A stretch of 64,000 nucleotides of DNA, taken from the NCBI GenBank assembly GCA_043228905.1, contig JBHGNT010000016.1:18414001-18478000 (forward strand). The letters run 5' to 3'. Numbering within the stretch: position 1 is the first letter of the stretch; each line of letters opens with the position of its first letter. The position numbers were made by a program, and so were the translations under genes. This document shows positions 37,001-48,600 of the stretch, in pieces. This DNA is from Azolla caroliniana (lineage: Eukaryota > Plantae > Polypodiophyta). The notes below the pieces were generated by a model. That model worked only from the letters and a program-made list of their open reading frames with translations. It was not told the DNA's origin and ran no database searches.

Positions 37001-40000
37001 TTATCTGTCGATGACAAGGGTGTCGAGGTCATGGTCCATGGGACCGGGGCCTACGTGCACAGCAAATTGCTATTGCCCAATCCCCTTTGTTATGTCCTGG
37101 TTTGGAGCCCATTTGTGTATCCCATGATGGACTTGTAGGATTAGTAGGAGTGATGGGGCTGTGATTGTTCTTTGTGGATGAGCTTGTGTGGCTGTATTCT
37201 TCAACAACTTTTCCCGATGTCTCTTGAGCTCTAGCAAGAAAAGTCCTAGGCATCGTTGGTCCTCATATTCCATTACCTTGCGTACTGGGCCAAAGCCTTG
37301 TTTAAAGAGGCAATGGTATCTACCTCTAACTTCATAAAAGACACTACAGTGACAAACATGGTGTTCTTTAGATTCCACTCCTTGATGACACAATTGGCAA
37401 ATTCTCTCTTCTAGAGGTAGTTGTGTATATTTGCCTACCTCAATCTGTAACTGATGTGATGAAGTTCGCAGCTGCCCTATCACACTACACAGCGCATAAG
37501 ATAGATGTATGTCCATATAAGGTGGCCTGATGATGAATCCATCCTCCAATGTGTGTAAGAAGTGTGTCTTATAGTGGGCCATCTTCGTACCAAGTGGTAT
37601 TTTGGGGCTGATCCATGTTATCTTGTTTTCCAAGTTAATAATATCAGTTCGGATCACTCTATTCTTTTCCACTTTGGTCATATTTAGATGGAGACAGTCC
37701 AAGCAATATTGGAACGGGGGTAGTGCATTTATACTCATGCCTTGTGACTCGAACCATTGCTGCATTTCAGCATACCAACAATGAATGTCTCCATTTTCAG
37801 CCAGTTGTCTTGATGACATCAATGCCAACCTTGGGTACCTTCGTTTAGAGAGCTCCCAAAGACGTTGGATAAATGTCACTAATCGGAACAATGCCTCGAT
37901 GATTATAGGTGCTGCTCCCATCTCTGCCCAGATTATATCATTTCACATAGTGTACATGGAGTTCATTAGTGATGCTTTATGTTCAAGAATTTTACTACTG
38001 AACTCTACAATGAGAGTACACATTGTAATTGGGAGAGAAAGAAAGAAAGAAATATTAACATCTATGGAGGCCAAAATCGGCCTATAAGACAAATCATGAT
38101 TAGAAACTTGGGAGAATTCATGTTATCAATACTGAAACAAAAATAAAGCTCAAGATAAACAAGCATGAAATGCAGAACTAATTTGTATATAATTTAGAAA
38201 AAAAAATTATCATCCATAAAGAGGCCAGTTTTGACCTATGGGACCAGAGTATACATGTGTTCTTGATAGGTGTCTCCTTCCTAAAAAGGGGTATTCATAC
38301 ATGGAAGCATAAAGTCTCTAAGCGTGAATTAAGCATACACATATGAGCTCAACCTTCTACATGGTGTCTTAAGTTATCACTCCCTCTTAATATGTCATCA
38401 TATCTTGCACGAATTGCACTGTATGCTGAGCATGTGAAGAGCAAGTGACATTCATCCTCTACCATGCCTTCATTGCATACTTTACATGCCTTCAAATTCA
38501 TTACATTTTGATACCATGATGCAACTTCGATACCGAACTTGTGAGATAGAGTGTGAAGTAGTGTGCGGGCTCTACAAGCATTACTACTCATATTGGTAAT
38601 GAGATAAGGTTGGATACGATCAATAGGCATTCTTGCCTTATATTGAGAACAACATTCGGGGTTGACATTTGCAATGTAGTATTCTAGCTTTGTCCTCTTA
38701 GCATCTTCCCACTTCATCCTTAATGATTCCACCAACCTTTCCTCAATCATTACATAATGCATAGCATCGCTCAAAAGCTCTAAAAGATCATCCACACCCC
38801 ATCTTCTGAACCATTTTCATGGTGCGGAACATGGTATCCAAGGTTACACGGTGCAGTAAAGTGAGAATATGACGAAGTTAACCAAATGCACATGGGTGCT
38901 CAAGCAATCATCGCTATGATCTGGTGATGGAATGTTCCATGTCACTAGTTTCCTAGTATTCGCAGTCTCTGCCATCATCAATGTTCCTCTGGTCAGTATA
39001 TGGTGACTCAGCATGTTGTCAATGGAGTTGTGGACATGGAAGAAGTGAGTGCTGTGAAGCAAGTTTATTACGAAGTTAAGCAAGTGCATCTGTGTGCTCA
39101 CACGCGGATCAGACATGTGCCTTGAGGCCCTGAATTCATAGTCTCAGTTGTCATCGGTATTCCTTTACTCATTCTATGATGCACCTCTGCGCATAGTCTA
39201 TGGATGCATAGGCATGAAGGAAGTCAGTGATCTGCAATTTTCATTGCATTCCGTATGTTAATACAAGAGTTGATATCCCATGCTTTTGAAGCTCGATCAA
39301 ACTTCGCCCAAAACGCCATGGATCTGTCTTCTCCATCATTTGTTGAATGGTGTTGTATTAATGGACCTACCTCATTCAGCTCTTGGACTTACAGAAGTGT
39401 TAAAAAACCTAGCGCACTGCCTATCTGAGTTATAGCAAATATTTTGACAGATCCTCCAATTTCATCTCCACAATCCTTCAGAAAAATAGTTCGACTAACT
39501 GTTTCAAACTCTACCTAGTTCTAGAAGCCATAGGTCATGGGTTCAAATCCACACATGATACAACCAGATTGCCAAAGAATTTTTGAACTTTAAAACTATT
39601 TCCTATAAGCTCTAAGCTCTTCGGCATGCACAATTCAGCTCTTCTCGCTGATGTCTCTTTAGTAATTTATTGAAATTAACTACAATCACCAAAACCTATT
39701 GCAAATAATCGCATCACTACTAAATGTGCCTTTAACCTGTGCTATTCTTAAAAAGTTAATAGTTAAGAACTCTTATGAAATGGATGAATGATCACCTTGG
39801 CTTTAGATATATCGACTTACACTCTGTCGCACTGATTTCCAGTCATGCATCTTTATATTTTAACCCCTTACAAGTCAATAATCCCATCAATTGAGCACTC
39901 ATCTCTTCTGGTTTAGGTGTTATGGCCTTATATATCCGAACAGACGGTTTTAGGTCCAATTTAATGTGAAAGGACCAATACAAAAATATTGGACCTCCAG

Positions 40001-43000
40001 CACGGAATGCACTCTTAATTGGAGGATGGTAAGTCCTTGAGAATGGAAACTGAACCCTCTTCTGGATCATCAAGTGACCACAACTCTTGGATTATAGCCC
40101 CTTTCCAATATACTGTGAAGTATCAGTCAGTGGCCAATCATAATGTGATAAAAATGTTGAACAAAATAGAATATTGGATTCGAAGTTGTTTCAAGTGAGC
40201 CACATATTCATACATAATCAACTAATTTCTTATCAAAGCAATCATATTGCCTTACCGCCAGATGAACTACTGGGGAAGACGTAGGCAGTAACCGCGTTGC
40301 TCGTAGTTCTGGACATTTGGACCTTTCAAAATTCACAACTTCACCCCAACCAAAGTACTCGAATGTGTCTGCATCACTTGCTGAAGCAAAACGTGCAGTC
40401 ACCAATGGACGAGGTGGAGGATGAGAATCTGGGATTGGACTAACAACATCCGAGTCATCCATTCCCTTTATCATATTACTGCATCGGCAATTTTTTCAAC
40501 TCAATGAACAATTCCTTTTTAATGTGTTCAGTTACATAACATTAAAGAAGCATTCAAAAAATAATGAGTTCATAAGAACGTCCATCAACAAAAAAGAACA
40601 CATCCTGCAGCTACCTGACATGTGTGGTTTGGTTTCTTTTCCTCCACCTCCTGCAACATCAAAATCAAGTATAAGGAGCTACAATGTCCATATGAGTTTC
40701 TCTCAAACTAAAAAATCAAATCACAACTCCCTTGACTATATGATCAACTATTTAGAAAGGGTTAAAACCTTGTCGATATCGGGAGCTCTCCATTGGTTGT
40801 GTCGCCCCCGTAAAGACTATTGGCCCTTTGTTTATTTTTAGAATGTTCTTTCAATTGTCCCCTTGACAGTTCAGATTCAATTCGGGGTGAACCATCTGAA
40901 GTAAGATTTTGTTGATTCTCTTCTTCCAGTATTAATGTTGGCTCCAGTTCACTCCATTCCAGTTCTTCCTCATCTCCATCTTCATAAAGGACCTTCATGT
41001 TTTTGGTAAATCAGAAAGTGGTAAGTCTCTATTCATATCTAATCTGAAATAAGTCATTAAGTGCAAACCACAATGTGAATGCAGTTGCTCTTTTTTGCAA
41101 ACATAGTGATGAGTAACCTTTCAAAATCCAAGTTTCTGGGATGGAGGAAATAACAAAAAAGCCATAATGCAGACAAGAGCTTTACAATATCTTTTCAAAC
41201 TAAGCTTCTCAAAACAATATGCTATTAAAGAGGACTACTAACAATGTCAGTAACCATCATAACAGGCATTTGAAATAGTGAAAATGCTCCTAAATACACA
41301 AGTTTTTGTTTATTTCCTTTAGTGCCCCTAAGTTTTCGGTATTTCCCAAAATGATTACTTTTGGGGACTTGGCCACGGCAAAACTCAGGGCTATTTGCAG
41401 AGGTTTTTTCACTTAAAAAAAATACTCACCTTGTAATATTTCACCCTGTTATCATAACTAATTATCTTCCCATTGTACAATTCGCCACCAAAATCTTTCT
41501 GTGTTTTCCGGCCGACCAACTTTACGCCGCCACCCTCAGGATCTGGTAGCTCAGAGGTAGGACCATCTTTTCTTAGTGATGAATCTGTGAGCTTTGAGGA
41601 TATAAGGCCATCAGAAGTGATCGAATGGATGTTTAAAGAACTTGTCGACTTTCGAGTAGAAATTTGATGCTCAGTTGGAGTTTCTTGTATTCTTGAATGT
41701 GCATCATCTTTATATCTACTGCTAAGCCTGGTCTGAATAACATTATCTTCCTTTTCACTGTCAGACTTGTCAACTATTTTTCGTTTCTTATCACGGCCCT
41801 TCCACCTTGATTTCCTTAAAGAGCTAGAACGTTTCTTCATTATTGGCTCATCATTAACATCTGATGTCTGATCTGAACTTGCTGAACCTTGGACATCACT
41901 CTCATCATTAGATGTGTCTATCACAAAACTTTTTCTGAAACCCCTTAATTTCCTTTCCTTAATGCCATCCTCTGAAGCTTCATGTTCAGTATCTTTCTTA
42001 CCTTTCTTTGTACTCCTGAGATAAAACCAAATCACCATTCAATCATATATCATACCTGTGTTAGATGAATTGGTCATGGGTTGTCCTTGTTTATTATATG
42101 TTATGAGTTCAAATATTACATTTACTTATTTCTATCTTAATGTTTCTATGCTACAAATAACTGAGCAAAAGCGCATACATCCATAATCATTATTCATGAA
42201 GTTTCATGATTGTCAAAGGATGAAAATAACTAGGGCACCACTTGTAAACTGAATCCTGACCCAATGTATCTTTTAGAGCTTAAAAGTTACTTGAAACCAG
42301 ACCTGCAGTCTGGCGGCAGTGTTTATGATTTATGCAACATGAATTATGAAGCTGCTTCTTCGTGAGGAATCAGAAAACCAATATCATCATTTTATGATGC
42401 AGTTCCAAACCCTTGAATTCTAGAATTACTTTATACCATGTATAAAAACCAACCTTTTGATGTTATTGGAAACACTGCCAGAACGTCGGTGTCTCCTCTT
42501 CTCATATGAATCATCTTCCATTGCATCATCACTGAGAACTAATAATCGTCTCACCTCCTTCCCCTCAAGCTCCTCTTCATCGCCGTCTTCATAAACAACC
42601 TTCATTATGAATTCATATAGTATTAACCATAAACAAACCAAAATCAATTGATCTTTTTAACACCAGAAAGTTATTGCAAGAAATTCCAGTAGCCAATTCC
42701 CTTGAGTATGTTGCAAATGGAAATAATTTATATGCACAGAGTAATGGATATATGGACACATACATACACACCACATTACATTTTTGGTTCATAAAATAAT
42801 CAGATCAAGTGAAAATTACCTTATACCAATTCTTATCTGCATCATATTCAATGACATCACCTTCAAACAATTTCTTCCCAAACTGTTTTCTCACTCTTTT
42901 GCCTACCAGAGTATTCCCCTGAATTTCAACAAGTTTTATCAGAAAAAAGGTTCAGGACTTTGGGTACACCCTAAAAAAAGGCTTTTTGCATGCTTTATCA

Positions 43001-43978
43001 CAAAAGTTGAGTTCCTCAAAACACACTTACATCTATATCTGTTTCCTCATGTGGATCTGCACAATCATCATTTTGTGTTATAAATACAAAATATTTTCAG
43101 GATATTGGTTTTCCTACAGGATTGATTGGACATGAAAAACGGTTGAGATTCTAGAATATACCAGGAAACTCATCGTCATCTTTCCTTTGAGATTGGGATG
43201 TAAGATTCAAGTTCTCAACGATCAGCACCGTCTCTCCTTCGACTGAGGACACCACGTTGTTGTCAAAAGTACTTGGAAATGGTGTTCTATTTAACAAGAT
43301 GGAAGCCTTTGCTGCTTCAATTGAAATAAAAGGGTTCAAGAACGGTTGAAGTTTTGGAATGTTTGAAGATGAGAAAGAATCAATCAAAACATCACGAGCT
43401 CTTGATACAGATTGATCCATTGCCTCAGGTATGGACTGGTCCAATACCTCTGGTGAAGGTTCCATCACTGTTTCTAAGGCATTGGATGGCGCACCTCCTT
43501 CTATTTCTTTACCTTTCCCATTATCAAACTCTTTTGCCAAGAAATTGGATGATGGTGTAGTTCCATCTATTAATTTAGCTTCATCATCATCCACCTCTGA
43601 TCGTAATGATCCTTCAGTTTCAGTTACCACGTTATCAATTGTGGTCGTTCTAAAATTAGCAATTTCTTCGTTCACTACACTGCATATTGTGTCAGTTACT
43701 ACATCACTGATTGTGCTGGCTACGGCATTATCAATTGTTTCACTTACACCATTACCAGTGTCAGTTACTACATCAGCAATTGTATCAGTTACCACATTAT
43801 CAACTGTTTCAGTTACTATATCACGTGTACTTTCAACCCTTGACCTTTCTGGTTTGTCCTTCCCCAGCTTTTCTATGTCAGGATGAGGTTCTGATCTCGA
43901 AACAACCGCCAAAGGCACTTCTTTCAATGGAACTGGAATTTCAGGAATATCGTTGCCGGATTCAGCCATGCCATCCAT
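34023..43978 (-). CDS. Tandem Tudor (PTM/DIR17-like) plus RCC1-like beta-propeller protein, 15 coding exons, about 1113 aa
   Basis: Exons 43978-43162, 43056-43031, 42918-42820, 42599-42454, 42015-41430, 40992-40769, 40650-40615, 40478-40256, 36579-36379, 36096-36016, 35921-35770, 35681-35576, 35481-35314, 34762-34423 and 34159-34023. All introns are GT-AG and phase-compatible (3342 nt total). Tudor motif LVGK/R..K.FG...G....YD....YKV.YEDGDEEELE occurs twice. RCC1-like blades include CGRVYHAIMMTDDGRAWTWGQG. Confidence 0.82.
36671..37945 (-). mobile_element. 5'-truncated non-LTR retrotransposon (RTE/L2-like C-terminus) in intron 8
   Basis: ORF 37070-37921 contains LRTSSHQLQIEVGKY...ERICQLC...VESKEHHVCHC. 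A 3' stem-loop and (TTTC)n tail lie at 36671-36737. Confidence 0.8.
38031..38840 (-). mobile_element. Second related LINE 3' fragment(s) in intron 8
   Basis: ORF 38349-38795 contains SHKFGIEVASW...CKVCNEGMVEDECHLLFTC. The same tail and hairpin occur at 38031-38085, and a degenerate hairpin at ~38221-38238. Confidence 0.75.
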
Positions 43979-45130
43979 GATAACCTGCCAGATTATACTA
44001 TAACCTTTTCCAGTTCCTTTTAAATCCTATGGAAATTTGTGTCTAAAGGTCTTTCAAATCCTGTAAAAGCAAAATACCAGAGGCTTTGCTTGCTAGACTT
44101 CACTCTGATGATATGAAGAATCTAACGACATGAGTAGATCATTGATTTGCCACGGTAGAATTTTTATATGTGAATTAGGACCCTGTATTAAATGCCCTTC
44201 CATCCACCTGACATTGTGGCACACAGAAAGAGTTAATCCAATCTTACACCATTTCAACATCAATAGACGATATATGCCCAAGAAATGAATGCATATTAAT
44301 TCAGCAAAAATATTAATGGTGGCTATCCCATTGAATCAAAATGAACATTGCCACTCATACCTAGTCATTGATTTCGAGTGAACAGTCTTCAGAAATGCAA
44401 GGATATGAATTCGCATAAAGGAATAGGAACTCATTGCATATACCTACAGAGGTGATGCATAATAATGGGTACATAATTAATTTCCTTTCAGAAGTCCAGA
44501 GGGTAACAAAAGACAGTTTAGTTGGTACGAGATAAATAACCTCTTGTAAGGGTAGGCAACCAAGGTCACTATTCTAGTACATGCACCAAATCAGAGAACG
44601 GGGCAATGCTGTTGAGGTGATAAAGACCCTGCCAATGTGATTAAGATGCTATGAATATGATATAACATACTAAATACGTGATTAAGATGTTCATGACATC
44701 CTTAAGATACTGATGATTTCGTTAGGCTCCAAAAAATGCGATTAAGATGCTAATGATCTGATTTAACATACTAAATATCCATTTAAAGTGCTAATGATGT
44801 GGTTAAGCTGCAATTGATGAAGATGTTAACACTGCGTTTTAAAATACTAAATATGCAATTAGCATGCTAAGTATGTGATTAAAATGTTAATGATGTGATT
44901 AACATGCTAATGATGTGATACTAATGCAAAAAACAGGTAAATGGTAGGTTAGAGACAAAGTACAGAGCTTTCAATTGATGGAAAGAAAAATAAATCCTTC
45001 TAATAATTTGGGCTCCGTGGAGGTGAGTGACCTACTCATACAATAGGTAATATCCTGTATTCTATCACCTATACTCTGTTTTCACGTGAAAAGGAACACA
45101 TTTAAGGTACATGACTCTGCGAAAGCAGAT

Positions 45131-45178
45131 AAACCCTAAAATGGTTAGTGAAGGAGAAGGGCCCAAATTTAGGGTTTT
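45131..45178 (-). promoter_or_regulatory. Telo-boxes flanking a site II-like motif upstream of the Tudor-RCC1 gene
   Basis: AAACCCTAA (45131), GGCCCA (~45160) and TTAGGGTTT (~45169). This combination is known from promoters of plant proliferation-associated genes. Confidence 0.45.
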
Positions 45179-45469
45179 CCAAGAAGAAGAAGAAAACCAA
45201 AAAGGAAGTGTGAGGATTTGTATAACCTGTTCAATAAATATGTAGCAACTATTTTCGTGAGAGTCTTGGCTAGAGAGGTTCGATGAAGACGACACCCATA
45301 TTTCCCTTCTCTGTCAGGCTCTGTCTCTTCATTCTTCGCCTCTCTTTCTTCTTCGCTCTTCTGTCTTTTCTTCGTCTTTCTGCTTCTGCTTCTGCTTCTG
45401 TTCTCCCTCCCTCCTACAATTTTAACATGCACTCATTTTCACTTCAAATTCATATGTATGTCTCTTTTT

Positions 45470-45519
45470 TGCATATATATAAGTTTATAACAGTATATGT
45501 ATATAATGTATATGTATAT

Positions 45520-45559
<40 letters not shown>

Positions 45560-45650
45560 CATATGTATAATGTATATGTATATGCATATGCATATGTATA
45601 TGCATATGCATATGTATATGCATATGCATATGTATATGATTATGATTATG

Positions 45651-45683
<33 letters not shown>

Positions 45684-45695
45684 ATTATGATTATG

Positions 45696-45783
<88 letters not shown>

Positions 45784-45851
45784 AATGTATATGTATATGT
45801 ATATGTATACAATATAATTGTGTATGTGTATCTTTATATGTATGTGTATAT

Positions 45852-45884
<33 letters not shown>

Positions 45885-46190
45885 TTATGTATATAATTAT
45901 ATAATGTATATCTATATCGATATCTACATGTGTATGTGTGTCTACTTGTATCTGTATGTGTATCTTTATATGTATTTGTATATGTATAGTTATGTATATA
46001 ATTATATAATATATATCTATGTCGATATATATCTCTATATCGATATCTACTTGTGTATGTGTGTCTATTTGTATCTGTATGTGTATCTTTATATGTATGT
46101 GTATATAATGCATATCTATATTTACATATATATATACCTATAGACTATATCTATATGTGTATGTGTACGTATTTATATGTATGTGTATAT
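45470..46190. repeat. Compound (TATATG)/(TATGTG)/(TA) microsatellite
   Basis: Low-complexity purine-pyrimidine alternating array. Confidence 0.95.
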
Positions 46191-46484
46191 GTAAGGGGGT
46201 ATACCGACCAATAGAATAGAAAATATCACCTTTTTTTTCTTAGTAATTTGTTCCAACTTGGTCCCAGTACATACTTACAGTTTCTCTTTTATTACTTTAT
46301 TTTTGAGCTTCGAAACATTGTGTTTGTCTTCCGGATTTATCTTATCTATGATCGAGTCATTCTTTCATTTGTGGTTTCCCATGCACATTAAAAAGATTCT
46401 ACCATGAACCAATCGAAGATACAAAAACAAAGATATAGAGGAAAAGTTAGACGAGAAGGAAATAAAGGAAATACTAAATTAACC

Positions 46485-46699
46485 AATGACTTCTACAAGA
46501 GAACTTGATGATGTGGATTCTTGACATGAGAAGGCCCACAAATGGTGTTGAATGTAATGGTTCGACAAGTGTGTGGGGCTTCAATTTATAGGAACTGTTG
46601 TAATGATTTCTACAAGAGAATTCAATGATGTGGATTCTTGACATGAGAAGGCCCACAATTGATGTTTGACAAGAGAGTGAGGCTTCAATTTATAGGAAC
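46485..46699. repeat. Imperfect tandem duplication, period about 117 bp
   Basis: atga.ttctacaagagaa...gatgtggattcttgacatgagaaggcccacaa...ggcttcaatttataggaac occurs twice. Confidence 0.8.
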
Positions 46700-47419
46700 A
46701 ATCTAAATCTCATACTCTTATTGTTGAGATCAACCCATGTGTTAAGTATCTACCATCCTGGACACTAGTTATGAAGACATCAACATCAACAATGTACATG
46801 GAGCTCAAGAAAGACAATAGGACAATGGAGAAACATTAAATCTTACTAGAAAGCTTGTAGCCAAATGGCCACCCTAGTGTGAGCCCAACGTCATCGTAAT
46901 TTAAAGCAATAAGATTCACACTTTAGTGACTTTGAGAGCTATTCTCTCTTCCAGGGGTATCTCCTTTAAATTTAAATGTAATAGAGCTTTCACTCTCTCT
47001 CGTATTATTTCATTCAAGCTTAAGATTGATTAAGGTTAAGTGCTAGTTAGCCAAACCCTAAGGCTTGTATGTGCATCGAACACACTTTTGATAATAGAAG
47101 TGGTGTTATTATTTATTAACTTGTGCCATAGTCTTGACTATTATGCTATGTGAGGGAATTTGAGTCCAATATTTGCCTCCCCTCGCCGGTTGATGTGCAC
47201 AATTGACCACCATGAAGTCTCTAACTAGTGAGGATCCTTGTTTAAGAACTCTTGCTCACAGTGGATCGGGAAAATGTAATAATGGCTCCTTAGTTTCCTG
47301 TAGAAGTCTTGTAGAGTCCACAGACCAAAACCTTAAGGCTCCACGACACATGGTTGCATGTGATCCTTTGTACTCTGCTCGAAACCAATTCACTTTGACA
47401 ATGACCTATACCATAAATG

Positions 47420-48287
47420 TTTACTCTGGGCTGGACATAGCGACAAACACGGGGGTGTCCGTTCCGTATATGTATGCCCTTGTCGAAATAGCCGACTCGC
47501 TCGACCATGCTTTTGACGACTTGTTGGGCCGCATCTCGTCTTTTCCCTTCTCTCGAATATTGCATTATCATCTTTGACATTGCCTCCATGAGATATTCCT
47601 CGTCCATCTTCATCCTCCCCCGTCAATCTTCACGTCGGGTTCACCAAAAGATGTCACGAAGATGCGCGTGCGTGCGTGCTTCGCTTGAACGGGACCACTG
47701 GGGTCTTGGACCAGGGAGTTATTGAGAAGAGGACGATGTGAATGTAAGATTTAGGGAAACAGTGAGCACTACACTTGAGAAGATCGGAAATTTTTACACT
47801 CGAGAAGAAGATCAATAAGAATAATAAGAAGAAGATTATTATATTGATGGTGATAGTGATGATGATAATATCACATATTGAGCCCCCCCTATACACAAGC
47901 CCAACTAGAGGCTTTTATAGGTCTCTCCATGCTTGTGACATGCACAAAACCATGGGCTAAAACCATGGTTTTGTGCACACGGTTTTGCTTATGACATGCA
48001 CAAAACCATGCTAGGCTTAAAACCATGGTTTTGTGTCCACGGTCGCTACCTATGAAAACAAAATATACAAAATGTAAAGCATGTATTAGTAGCTTTAGTG
48101 GCGTGATAATTGCTTCTTATCTTAGACGTGTAAGGTTCAAATCCTACTTGCAACCCTCAATATGCACTCAGTGCCATCATGTCCTAGGTTTATTTATTAT
48201 TGTTTTCATTTTTACAAGTATTTGTGTAATGTGCATGTATCCTCAAATTTTCACTTTTTTTCGCATTAAACACGCCACATCACGACA
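47420..48287 (-). mobile_element. Trp-gypsy remnant J: LTR 47652-48287, PBS 47629-47646, gag start
   Basis: Perfect TGGTGAACCCGACGTGAA PBS and a gag N-terminus (EYLMEAMSKMIMQYSREGKRR) resembling C and D. Right flank CCGG. Left boundary approximate. Confidence 0.82.
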
Positions 48288-48600
48288 CCGGCCCTCTAAT
48301 CCGGCTCTGGTTCCAAACATCGATCCGGATCAAGTTGAGCTTGTCCTCTCAACACTCCCCCTCAAGCTCAACTTGAGGCTAGATTTTAATATCAGTCTTT
48401 GATGATCCTCGCAATCGGCTTTTCTTGGCATCTTCTTGCCTTGCTCACGCTCCTCAACTTGTCCGGTCCCGCTTTCCACGACTCGTTCGGTTCTGCACAC
48501 CTCGACCTTCTCGGTTGGCTTGTCTGCTCAAGAGGTCCATCTCAGCTCCTTCGCTGTTGTGACTTTGGTGCTTCTCGACCCGCCCATTCCTTCGTGCCGG

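Noticed and set aside
39515-39565. B-box-like GGTTCAAATCC suggesting a tRNA or SINE
   Set aside because: No convincing A-box or cloverleaf; at most a SINE remnant.
39843-40073. 76-aa intronic ORF as an extra exon or nested gene
   Set aside because: Not needed for frame continuity, has no recognisable motif, and has an upstream in-frame stop.
44630-44930. Short degenerate repeats (gtgattaagatgctaatgat) resembling a CRISPR-like array
   Set aside because: Irregular minisatellite without unique constant-length spacers, in a eukaryotic context with no cas genes.
45450-46143. His/Tyr/Met-rich ORFs
   Set aside because: Translations of a microsatellite.
46722-47400. Possible additional LTR (TGTTGAGATC...TGACA)
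   Set aside because: No TSD, PBS or second copy found, so left unannotated.
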